This document shows, one piece after another, positions 18,021 through 26,672 of a stretch of 64,000 nucleotides of DNA; position 1 is the stretch's first letter; every line of letters starts with the position of its first letter. The stretch is from Acidobacteriota bacterium. Lineage in GTDB: Bacteria; Acidobacteriota; Vicinamibacteria; Vicinamibacterales; SCN-69-37. Below the pieces are notes generated by a model. That model did not search any database. It saw only the letters and a list, made by a program, of their open reading frames with translations, and was not told the origin of the DNA. The DNA lies in the NCBI GenBank assembly GCA_947467605.1, contig CANIII010000017.1:28052-92051 (forward strand). The letters are read 5' to 3'. A program made the position numbers and the translations under genes.

Positions 18021-18883
18021 CGCCACCGCGGGTGGAGGTGCACTGGCTGCGAGTCGGTCACTGCCGCCATCCGGAGTGGGTCACGCTGCGCGGTGGTCGC
18101 TGGCAGCCTGTGGATTTTCCAGCGCATTGCGCGCTCATCATTCATCCGTCCGTTGGGCCCATCCTCTACGACACGGGGTACGCGGACCATTTCGCCGCAG
18201 AGACGCGGACACTGCCGAACGCACTCTATCGATGGGTCACGCCCGTGCAACTGCCGGCGGAGCAGCAGTTGCGATCGCAACTGCGAGCGCGTGGCGTGCG
18301 GATGGAAGACGTCGCTCGCGTGCTGGTGTCACACCTGCACGCAGATCACGTGGCCGGCCTTCGCGATCTGCCGAAGGCACGGTTCACCGCGCTGCGCGCC
18401 GATGTGGTGGAGAACATCGGTCGGCGGGGCATCGGCGCCGTGCGGCGAGGCTTCCTCCCCGGTTTGCTCCCTGACGACTTCGATCGGCGTCTCGACATCG
18501 CCGATGAACGCAACGTCGTGGATCTGGGCCGCTCGTGGTCGCCATTCACACGCGGGTTCGACCTCCTTGGCGACGGCTCCATCATCGGCGTGCCGCTGCC
18601 TGGGCACAGCCCGGCGCAACTCGGCCTCGTGATGTGGAACACGGATGGGCAGCCCGTCATGCTCGTGGCTGACGCGTGCTGGTCCACACGCGCTCTGAAT
18701 GAGAATCGCCTGCCGTCGATCATCGCGCGGCCGATGATGCATAACTGGTCACGGTACCGCACGACGTTGACGGACCTGCATACCCTGCGGCGCGCACAAC
18801 CTGACCTGCAGATGTTGCCGTCTCACTGCACTGAAGCGCACGCCGCCTTTCACGCCCGTCGACACGAGCCGACCCGTGAGTGA
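18011..18883 (+). CDS. MBL-fold metallo-hydrolase
   Basis: It has the HxHxDH motif (VSHLHADHVAG) and a later PLPGHSP His. The GTG start overlaps the KAS III stop by 10 nt. Confidence 0.75.
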   Translation: MLLTPPRVEVHWLRVGHCRHPEWVTLRGGRWQPVDFPAHCALIIHPSVGPILYDTGYADHFAAETRTLPNALYRWVTPVQLPAEQQLRSQLRARGVRMEDVARVLVSHLHADHVAGLRDLPKARFTALRADVVENIGRRGIGAVRRGFLPGLLPDDFDRRLDIADERNVVDLGRSWSPFTRGFDLLGDGSIIGVPLPGHSPAQLGLVMWNTDGQPVMLVADACWSTRALNENRLPSIIARPMMHNWSRYRTTLTDLHTLRRAQPDLQMLPSHCTEAHAAFHARRHEPTRE

Positions 18884-20222
18884 GCGTGCGAGAGTCGTCG
18901 GAGCGTTCGCGGGCGCGCGATGGGGACGCCCGTGTCCGACGCGCGACGACCTGTTGCGCCATCAGCAGGGGCGCATCCGTCGATTCCTTCGGGCCGAGCT
19001 ACCGCTCGCGAAGTTCTATCGTGATCTGCGCGCCAGGCGCCTCGAACAACTGCCCATCGTTGACAAGGCGACCATCGTCGCCGACTTCGCCGGCTTCAAC
19101 AGCCGAGGTATCACCCTCGATGCCGCGATGCGGGTGGCCGTGGCGGCCGAGCGGAGCCGGGACTTCGCGCCGACGATCGATGGCCTGACGGTCGGTCTGT
19201 CGAGCGGTACGTCTGGCACGCGCAGCGTGTTTCTGGTCAGCGCGGATGAGCGCCAGCGCTGGGCTGGCCTCGTACTCGCGCGCTTGCTGTCGTCAGCGTC
19301 GCTGCGTCAGCTCGTGACGCCATGGCAGCGACCGCTGCGGTTGGCGTTCTTCCTGCGCGCCAACAGCAACCTCTACGCAACCGTCGCGAGTCGTCGCATC
19401 GCGTTCGCGTTTCATGACCTCCTCGTGCCGCTGGAACAACACATCGAGCAGCTGAACGCGACGCCTCCCGACATTCTCGTTGCACCACCCACGGTGCTGC
19501 ATCGCCTGGCCCTGGCGGCGATTGACGGCTCCCTGAAGATCGCTCCGCGACAGATCGTCTCCGTTGCTGAAGTCATCGAGCCCGACGATCGCATCGTGAT
19601 CGGCCGCGCGTTCACGGCGTCGATTCAGGAGGTGTATCAGGCTACCGAAGGATTCCTCGCGGCGACATGTGCGGCCGGCCGACTGCACCTCAATGAAGAG
19701 TTCCTGCACATCGAGTCGGAGTGGCTTGACGACTCGATCGACGGCCATCGTCGATTCCGGCCGATCATCACCGACTTCACGCGCACGACCCAGTTGGTCG
19801 TGCGCTATCGGCTCGACGATGTGCTTCGAGAAGCGCAGGGGCCGTGCCCGTGCGGTCGCGTGACACGCAGCCTCGCTGCCGTGGAAGGCCGAGCCGACGA
19901 TGTGCTGTGGTGCCGCGTGGCTGGTGGCGCGACGCTGCGGCCGGTGTTCCCCGACACGATCCGCCGCGCGATGGCTCTGGCAGGGACGTCGCTTGCGGAC
20001 TATCGCATCGAGCAGCGAGGGCGCGCCTGGGATGTGCAGCTCTGCTGCGATGTGTCTGTTGTGGTTGACGTTCAGCAGGCCGTGCGACACGAACTGGCCG
20101 CGCTCGCCGACGGCCTGTCACTACGACGGCCCGATGTGCAATTCGCGTTGTGGACGACGACATCGGCGATCGACAAGCGTCGTCGAATCCGCTGCGTCGA
20201 GCGACCGGTGGAGGGCGCGTGA
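18876..20222 (+). CDS. F390-synthetase-related / PaaK-like adenylate-forming enzyme
   Basis: It has a P-loop-like LSSGTSGTRSVFLVS, and its size and layout fit the phenylacetate-CoA ligase / coenzyme F390 synthetase superfamily. The GTG start overlaps the MBL stop by 8 nt. Confidence 0.6.
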   Translation: MSERARVVGAFAGARWGRPCPTRDDLLRHQQGRIRRFLRAELPLAKFYRDLRARRLEQLPIVDKATIVADFAGFNSRGITLDAAMRVAVAAERSRDFAPTIDGLTVGLSSGTSGTRSVFLVSADERQRWAGLVLARLLSSASLRQLVTPWQRPLRLAFFLRANSNLYATVASRRIAFAFHDLLVPLEQHIEQLNATPPDILVAPPTVLHRLALAAIDGSLKIAPRQIVSVAEVIEPDDRIVIGRAFTASIQEVYQATEGFLAATCAAGRLHLNEEFLHIESEWLDDSIDGHRRFRPIITDFTRTTQLVVRYRLDDVLREAQGPCPCGRVTRSLAAVEGRADDVLWCRVAGGATLRPVFPDTIRRAMALAGTSLADYRIEQRGRAWDVQLCCDVSVVVDVQQAVRHELAALADGLSLRRPDVQFALWTTTSAIDKRRRIRCVERPVEGA

Positions 20223-21172
20223 GGATTCTCGTCACCGGCGCATCGGGATTTGTCGGCGGTCGGCTGAAGGAGCGCGCGCGCCGACGCCCGGCACTCGTGA
20301 TGCACGGTGTCGGTCGACGTCGGCTCAGCATCGAACACTACTCGTCGCGGGATCTGTCGCAACCGTTCGACCTGCCGTTTGTGCCGGACGTCGTGATTCA
20401 CGCCGCCGCACGCGCCACACCGTGGGCGCCATTAGCGGCGTATCAACGAGACAACGTCGAGGCCACGCGACAGGTCATTGCCTTCTGTAAACGGCATGGG
20501 CTGCCCCGGTTGGTCTATGTGTCGTCGAGCTCGGTGTACTACCGGCCCGAGCACCAACTCGGCATGCGCGAGGATTCACCGATCGGTCCCACATTCGCCA
20601 ATGACTATGCCGCGACGAAATATGCCGGTGAGTTGCTGGTGCGCGCCTATCCCGGCGAATCGGTGATCGCCCGTCCGCGCGCGGTGTTTGGTCCGGGCGA
20701 CACGGTGCTGTTTCCGCGGATTCTGGCGGCGGCGAAGGCCGGCCGGCTGCCGCTGTTCACGACGACGGGGCCGCCGCCGATCGGCGACCTGATCTACGTG
20801 GATACGCTGGCGGACTACCTGCTCGAGATTGCGACGAAGACACAGGTTGACGATGCCTACAACCTGACCAACAACGAGCCCGTGGTCATGCAGGACTTTC
20901 TGCTCGACGTCTTCGCGCGTCTCGGTTTGCCGGCGCCGAGGCGTCGTGTGTCGGTGCGCACCGCGATGGCGGTGGCTGGTGCAACAGAAGCCGCCTATCG
21001 CTGGCTGCGCCTCGCCGGTGAGCCGCCGATCACGCGGTTTGGTGTGGGCGTGTTCGCGTGGTCGAAGACGTTCGATGTGTCTCGGGCCCTCGCAGATCTT
21101 GGGCCGCCGTCCGTGTCACTCACGGACGGCGTTGAGGCCTTTGTACGGTGGCAACGGAGCCAGCCCACGTGA
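20219..21172 (+). CDS. NAD(P)-dependent epimerase/dehydratase-family SDR
   Basis: The GTG at 20219 (GTGA overlap) gives VRILVTGASGFVGGRL, a Rossmann fold. The catalytic YxxxK is YAATK. Confidence 0.8.
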   Translation: MRILVTGASGFVGGRLKERARRRPALVMHGVGRRRLSIEHYSSRDLSQPFDLPFVPDVVIHAAARATPWAPLAAYQRDNVEATRQVIAFCKRHGLPRLVYVSSSSVYYRPEHQLGMREDSPIGPTFANDYAATKYAGELLVRAYPGESVIARPRAVFGPGDTVLFPRILAAAKAGRLPLFTTTGPPPIGDLIYVDTLADYLLEIATKTQVDDAYNLTNNEPVVMQDFLLDVFARLGLPAPRRRVSVRTAMAVAGATEAAYRWLRLAGEPPITRFGVGVFAWSKTFDVSRALADLGPPSVSLTDGVEAFVRWQRSQPT

Positions 21173-22308
21173 TGATGGTCTGGCTCGCCGCGATCTACCT
21201 GGGACTGCTCGTGATGAAGGCCTGGCTCGCCGTTCGCGCAGCGCACAGTGAGACACCGCGAGCCACCGCTGATCTCTCGACGGTAGGAATCGTTCAGCCG
21301 ATTCTGTCTGGCGATCCGCGCCTCCGCGACACGCTGGCCGCCAACCTCGCGACCATCCCCACAGCACTCTTTGTGTGGCTGATTGATGACGACGATCCCG
21401 TTGCGCGCGACGTGTGTGAGGCGCTGCGCAGAGCACATCCGCGTGTGCGCATCGAGATCGTGTCGTTGCCTCAGGCGCCTGAAGGTGAGAACCCGAAGCT
21501 CTTCAAACTCGAGCGCGCGCGCGGCATCGTGGGCTCGCACATCTTCATGGTGGTTGACGATGACACTCGGATGCCGGCGTCGAGTGCCGAGGCCATCGTG
21601 AGCAGTCTTGCGCGTGGAGAGGTCACGACGGCGCTACCGGGTTGTCTCGATGATGGTCGCTGGCCTTCGGCACTGCTGGCCGAGTTCGTCAACAACAACG
21701 CGGCACTCACATACCTGCCACTGCTGACCGTGTGCCCGCCGGTCACGATCAACGGCATGGCCTACGCGATGCGATCCGAAACGATCGAACGCATCGGCGG
21801 ATTCGGGCCCATCATGCGATCGATCACTGACGACCTCGCGGTAGCCGAGCAGGTGCTCAAGCGCGGAGGCCGGATCTGCCAGACCGCGGCACCGGTGTGG
21901 GTCGAGACGACCGTCGTAGACGTCGGTCATTACCTCCGACAGATGCACCGCTGGTATCTCTTTGCGCTGTTGCTGTGTCTGCGACAGCCTGTGCGGATGC
22001 AGGCGCTGATCACGGCCCTGAACGTCACGCCGGCATTGCTGTTGTGGAGCATCGCCGTGGCCACAATCCTCGAGCCGTCAACGGCCGCGATCGTTGTGGC
22101 GCTGATGGTGCTCCTGACGCGATCGATCGCGCTGATGTATCTCCAGCGCCGCATCTACGGCCGCGCCATCCACCGCCCGCTGCTCAGCATCGTCAGTGAA
22201 CTCCTGCAGCCGCTGCACCTGCTGCATGCGGCGAGTCAGCGTGCGATCACCTGGCGACGTCGGCGCTATCGCGTCCACGCCGATGGATCATTCGAGGTGC
22301 GCTCGTGA
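21169..22308 (+). CDS. Membrane-bound family-2 glycosyltransferase (ceramide-glucosyltransferase/HpnI-like, GT21-like)
   Basis: It has an N-terminal TM helix (MMVWLAAIYLGLLVM), a VVDDD DxD motif, the (Q/R)xxRW motif RQMHRW, and C-terminal TM helices. The start is GTG 21169 (GTGA overlap) or ATG 21172. Confidence 0.7.
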   Translation: MMMVWLAAIYLGLLVMKAWLAVRAAHSETPRATADLSTVGIVQPILSGDPRLRDTLAANLATIPTALFVWLIDDDDPVARDVCEALRRAHPRVRIEIVSLPQAPEGENPKLFKLERARGIVGSHIFMVVDDDTRMPASSAEAIVSSLARGEVTTALPGCLDDGRWPSALLAEFVNNNAALTYLPLLTVCPPVTINGMAYAMRSETIERIGGFGPIMRSITDDLAVAEQVLKRGGRICQTAAPVWVETTVVDVGHYLRQMHRWYLFALLLCLRQPVRMQALITALNVTPALLLWSIAVATILEPSTAAIVVALMVLLTRSIALMYLQRRIYGRAIHRPLLSIVSELLQPLHLLHAASQRAITWRRRRYRVHADGSFEVRS

Positions 22309-22868
22309 CGCGGCAGGTGGCGTTTCTGACGGGGCAGAGTGATCCAGGGCGATGCGCCCTGAGCCCGGCGCAGTCGGCATTTCTCGACGCGCTGTCCTGG
22401 CCTGACGTGGCGAAGGTGCAGACAAACTTTCCGTACGACGACCGCACGCGGCCGTATCGCAACGTGTCGCTCGCTGCGGCCAGCTGGCACAACACGCGTC
22501 AGTATCTGAGGTCGCGCACGCCGGTGTTTGTCGACCAGCACCGGTCGTCGGTGGTCGAGATGGCGGCGCGCGCCGAGCAGACGCTCCTGCTTGCGGGCAG
22601 CTGCGGTCTTGAGTTGCTCGCGAATGTGGCGCTGCCCGACCACATCCTCCAGCGTCTGCACGTCTTCGCCTACGGCCCGGTCGCGCGTCGTGCGCCGGCC
22701 TGCGACCTGTTCGTGCTCCGCGGCCGCGGCGATTGGATTTCACGCGCGTGGTCCGGTCGCGTCGACCAGGTGGTGGACTGCGGCCACATGGACTATCTGG
22801 CGAATCCGCAAGTGTTGGCGCTCTGTCGCGAGTGGGGTGAACGCGTGATGGCGAGGGAGGTGTCGTGA
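22305..22868 (+). CDS. Hypothetical 187-aa protein, possible minimal alpha/beta-hydrolase
   Basis: LLLAGSCGLE is an AxSxG nucleophile-elbow-like motif. Later residues RGRGDWIS and VVDCGHMDY are candidate Asp/His. It has GTGA overlaps at both ends and no family I can name. Confidence 0.4.
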   Translation: MTRQVAFLTGQSDPGRCALSPAQSAFLDALSWPDVAKVQTNFPYDDRTRPYRNVSLAAASWHNTRQYLRSRTPVFVDQHRSSVVEMAARAEQTLLLAGSCGLELLANVALPDHILQRLHVFAYGPVARRAPACDLFVLRGRGDWISRAWSGRVDQVVDCGHMDYLANPQVLALCREWGERVMAREVS

Positions 22869-24109
22869 CGCGGCGACGCGTCGATCTGGTCGCGCCACCA
22901 ATGAGCGGCCACCTGCATCCCATACTCGGGATCGCCCGGAGGCTCGCAGCGGAAGTCGATGTGCGCGTCATCAGCACCGCCGGTGCGCAAGCAGAAATCG
23001 CTGCGGCTGGGCTGCAAGGGTGCGCACTCATGGCGGGGGCCGACGCGCTGATCGCGTCGATCGTCAACCCACCGAAGCCGGTCCAGAGCAACCCGCTGCG
23101 GTTGCATCGTCAGTTCACGGACAACTTGCGGTTGCTCACGAAATTCCGCGGTGAGTTGCTGGCGTTGTGGCAGGACGACCGTCCGGACCTTGTCATTGCG
23201 GATTTCGTGGTACCTGTAGCGGGAAGTGCCGCGATCGAGCGGGGGATTCCGTGGTGGACGTCTGCGCCATCGCCATGTGCGCTCGAAGCGCCGGACGGCC
23301 CGCCTGGTTATCTTGGCGGCTGGCGACCCAGATCCGGTGCGCTCTGGCGTGCGCGTGATGCCGCGGGTCGCGCGACTATTCGTCTGTTCAAGCGCGCCGT
23401 GCATCGCCGGCATCGCGCGACATTGACGGCGTTGGGCTTTCCGTCGGTGTATCGATCCGATGGATACGAAGCGATCTATTCGCCGGACTGCATTCTCGGG
23501 CTTGGGCTTGAGGCTCTGGAGTTTCCGCGCCGCGTCTCTCCAGCAGTGCGGTGGGTTGGGCCCGTGATGTACACGCCACCGTCTGACGCGCCCTCGCCGC
23601 TCTTTGTGCCGGACCGGACGCATGTGCTGGTGACGATGGGCACGCATCTTCCGTGGCGACGCCAGGCGATGTGGCAGGCGGTGCGGCACGCCGCGCGGGA
23701 GATGCCGACGATCGAGTTTCATGTCAGCGACGGAGATCGGCACAGTGATCGCTGCGAGGTCGACGGCAATGTGCGACGACTGGGCTTTGTGTCGTACGCG
23801 CGAGACCTGCCGAGGTATGCGGCTGTTGTGCACCATGGCGGTGCTGGCGTGATGTATCGGGCTTTGGCCGCCGGCATTCCGGCCGTGGTGGTGCCCGCCG
23901 ACTATGACCAGTTCGACAACGCGGCTCGTCTTGATGTGGCCGGGGTGGCCGTGTGGTCCGACTTGCGGAATCTTTCCCAGTCGATCGGCCGTGCATTAAC
24001 GGATCAGGCGATTCGATCCCAGTGCCGGCGCATGCAGGCACACCTCGTGGGTGTGATCTCAGCGCCCGATCGGGTGGCTGATCTCGTGTCGCGTATTTTT
24101 GAACGCTAG
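22865..24109 (+). CDS. GT1-family (MGT/UDP-glycosyltransferase-like, GT-B) glycosyltransferase
   Basis: The N-terminal acceptor-domain motif is VAPPMSGHLHPILGIARRL. The C-terminal nucleotide-sugar motif is VVHHGGAGVMYRALAAGIPAVVVPADYDQFDNA. Confidence 0.75.
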   Translation: MTRRRVDLVAPPMSGHLHPILGIARRLAAEVDVRVISTAGAQAEIAAAGLQGCALMAGADALIASIVNPPKPVQSNPLRLHRQFTDNLRLLTKFRGELLALWQDDRPDLVIADFVVPVAGSAAIERGIPWWTSAPSPCALEAPDGPPGYLGGWRPRSGALWRARDAAGRATIRLFKRAVHRRHRATLTALGFPSVYRSDGYEAIYSPDCILGLGLEALEFPRRVSPAVRWVGPVMYTPPSDAPSPLFVPDRTHVLVTMGTHLPWRRQAMWQAVRHAAREMPTIEFHVSDGDRHSDRCEVDGNVRRLGFVSYARDLPRYAAVVHHGGAGVMYRALAAGIPAVVVPADYDQFDNAARLDVAGVAVWSDLRNLSQSIGRALTDQAIRSQCRRMQAHLVGVISAPDRVADLVSRIFER

Positions 24110-24139
24110 AGTGCGTTGTTGTGCTCTAGAATCATTGAC

Positions 24140-24520
24140 ATGAAAATCCGATTGATCAAAGCCGCCCTCGCCACGGCCGCTCTTGCGGTGGTCATTCTTG
24201 GCTCCGTGAGTCTGCAGGCGGCCCAGAACCGCAAGCTCGACTTCACGCTCGTGAACAAGACCGGCTTCACGATTGCCGAAGTCTACGTCTCGCCGAGCAA
24301 AGACGACTCGTGGGGCGAAGACGTGATGGGCAAGGACGTGCTCCCGAATAACAAGAGCGTCGACATCGAATTCTCGCGCAGCGAGAAGTCGTGCAAGTGG
24401 GATCTGAAGGTTGTGGACGAAGACAAGGGCTCGATCGAGTGGACGGATCTCGACCTCTGCACCGCGAACGAGATCACGTTGAAGTACGAAGGCAAGAAGC
24501 CGACCGCTATCATCAAGTAA
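24140..24520 (+). CDS. Small secreted protein (126 aa, two Cys), unknown function
   Basis: The ATG at 24140 gives the signal peptide MKIRLIKAALATAALAVVILGSVSLQAA. The mature part has a beta-rich pattern with C..C (KSCKWDL, LDLCTANE). It lies 30 nt after the GT1 stop and is followed by a strong terminator. Confidence 0.55.
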   Translation: MKIRLIKAALATAALAVVILGSVSLQAAQNRKLDFTLVNKTGFTIAEVYVSPSKDDSWGEDVMGKDVLPNNKSVDIEFSRSEKSCKWDLKVVDEDKGSIEWTDLDLCTANEITLKYEGKKPTAIIK

Positions 24521-24542
24521 CTCATTCCGCATTCAGAACGAC

Positions 24543-24578
24543 AACGGGGCGCCCGATCTCGCGATCGGGCGCCCCGTT
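24543..24578. terminator. Bidirectional hairpin terminator
   Basis: aacggggcgcccgatc-tcgc-gatcgggcgccccgtt has 16-bp arms followed by tttctatt. It lies between convergent genes ending at 24520 and 24602. Confidence 0.65.
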
Positions 24579-24601
24579 TCTATTGTTGCGCGGACGATGC
24601 G

Positions 24602-26518
24602 CTAGTCTTCGACCACCACGATCACGCGGTCGTCGGCGCTGAACGTCACCATCGTGCTCTTGTTCGGGTTGACGCTCACGCCGTAGCTGCTGGACGCGTC
24701 GTTGCTGCCCGACGCGAGTCGATAGCCGATCGTCGCGTGCCCGCGCTGTCGCGCGGCTTCGACTACGTGCCAGAAGCTCATCGGCTGTCCGAGCTTCACG
24801 TAGTCGGCGGCCGGCTTGAGGTAGATCTCTGATCCATCTGCGTCGAAGATGTCGTCGAACAGCGCGCGCAGGTCCTTGTTCTCGGTGACCTGGGCCACGA
24901 GCAAGCTCGTGAGCCGTTCGCTGACGATGAAGTCGTCGGCTTGGGTGATTTCAGCGAGCTCGCGATTGCGCATGTCGAGCATCTCGGTGACGATCGAGTA
25001 GCGATTCGCGCCGCTGAGCGTCTCGATGTCGCGCAGGTGGAGCAGCGTGACGAGCGTGCTCGCGTCGGCCTTCTGCACATCACGATGGTCCGAGTAGGAG
25101 AGCACGATGATGTGCTGATACTGCTCAGGCTGGGTGGCTTCGAGCGTGTCGCGATCGGTCGTGTCGCCCTCGCGGTAGTCGAGCGTGGTGTTCTTCAGCA
25201 ACGCGGTGACCGCGGAGACTTCCCCGGGGATGCCGTCGCCCTCGGCGATGACGGTCAGCGATGAGCCCGGTGCGACGTAGCCGTCGAGTTCGCGCACGAT
25301 GATCTTCGCGCGTGAATTCCAACCGAGCAGCAACGTGCGTTCCGGTAGCGTGGGGGTCGGCTGTCGATGCACCAGCAGCGCGCGATCGAGTGTCGGCGCC
25401 TTGCCGTCGGCGGCGACCGACGCGAGGTCCTTCGCGACGACGATCGCCTTGTCGCCCGGCCCAAAGACTTGTGTCATCGGCGGGTTCAGTTGCACGGCGC
25501 CGTCGGCCGTCTTCATGCCGATCAGGGCGCAGCTCTCGAACGCCATCAGGGCATCGGCGAACGTGAGTCCCTTCAGCGACGACTCTTCCTTGAAGTAGAT
25601 CTCGTCGCCGCCGTAATCGAGCAGCTCCGTGTAGACGGTCGACAGCCCCGTCTGGCGGCAGGTCTGTGCGACCACACGTGCGATCACATCGCCCGTTTCG
25701 ATCAGCTGCGCCTCATCGCGACCCACGAGCCGTGCCGGCGCCATGTTCTTGCGCTCGCGAATTTCAGCGACGATGTGGAATTTCTCGGTGCGCCGCGCCG
25801 GATGGTTGGTCACCGCCAGAATGGACTTGATCACTTCTGCGTCCGGTTCGTCGCCTTCGGGCGAGAGGATCACGATCGCGCGCGCCGCGTTGAAGTTGGC
25901 GATCTTGATGTCACCGAGGTCATTCGGGATCCCGCGCCGCGTCACCACCCTCGTCGTCTTGAAATCCGCAATGCGGTCGCGGATCTCGTCGTCCATCCCG
26001 ACCTTGTCTCGGTCGGCGAGGACGGTGATGCAGTTGCGGCGATGTTCGTTGCCGAGGATCAGCTCGCTGATCACGGCGAAGATTTGCGGGCTCCAGCCGA
26101 GGATCACGATGTGATCACGTTCGGCGACGAGCGATCGGCCCTTGCGCAGTTCGTCGATCTGGTTGCCGACGCCGTTCGAGATGACGCCGATCAGCGTGCC
26201 GACGATGCAGACGCCGCCGACGGTCACGGCGAGCATCATGAAGAGATAGAAGTGCGAACCCTTGTCGCCGCCCATCGTGCCTGAGTCGAGGGTACGCATG
26301 AGGTTGTCCCACATCTGCGAGGCGAACGGCTGCGGGTCGGGGAGTCCCTTGTCGTCAGTCGGCGCTGCGCCCGTGATCGTGACGATGAGCGCAGTGAGTC
26401 CCACGAACGCGGTGGATGCCACCGCCAACCAGCCGATGAGGGCCGGCGTGCCTTTAGAAAGTGTGTTGTCGAAGGCGTAGCGGAGACGTTGACTGAGGGT
26501 AAAAGGCTGGGGAGACAT
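24602..26518 (-). CDS. CASTOR/POLLUX-related ion channel with tandem RCK/TrkA-N-like domains
   Basis: The ATG at 26518 gives MSPQPFTLSQRLRYAFDNTL. It has TM helices flanking a pore-like TLDSGTMGGD, followed by RDHIVILGWSPQ, a Rossmann-like RCK start. Confidence 0.6.
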   Translation of the reverse strand: MSPQPFTLSQRLRYAFDNTLSKGTPALIGWLAVASTAFVGLTALIVTITGAAPTDDKGLPDPQPFASQMWDNLMRTLDSGTMGGDKGSHFYLFMMLAVTVGGVCIVGTLIGVISNGVGNQIDELRKGRSLVAERDHIVILGWSPQIFAVISELILGNEHRRNCITVLADRDKVGMDDEIRDRIADFKTTRVVTRRGIPNDLGDIKIANFNAARAIVILSPEGDEPDAEVIKSILAVTNHPARRTEKFHIVAEIRERKNMAPARLVGRDEAQLIETGDVIARVVAQTCRQTGLSTVYTELLDYGGDEIYFKEESSLKGLTFADALMAFESCALIGMKTADGAVQLNPPMTQVFGPGDKAIVVAKDLASVAADGKAPTLDRALLVHRQPTPTLPERTLLLGWNSRAKIIVRELDGYVAPGSSLTVIAEGDGIPGEVSAVTALLKNTTLDYREGDTTDRDTLEATQPEQYQHIIVLSYSDHRDVQKADASTLVTLLHLRDIETLSGANRYSIVTEMLDMRNRELAEITQADDFIVSERLTSLLVAQVTENKDLRALFDDIFDADGSEIYLKPAADYVKLGQPMSFWHVVEAARQRGHATIGYRLASGSNDASSSYGVSVNPNKSTMVTFSADDRVIVVVED

Positions 26519-26672
26519 GAAGGGGTAACTGTAGCGCAGGGGCGTGACTCTGGCAGCGTGCCGAGCCGTTATGTCGTGTGATGTTATCATTCCAAGATCA
26601 TTCCGAAAGTAGTAACAAGAGTGAATAAATAGGCCTAATTCGCGACTAAATGACAGATATAATCATTCCATT

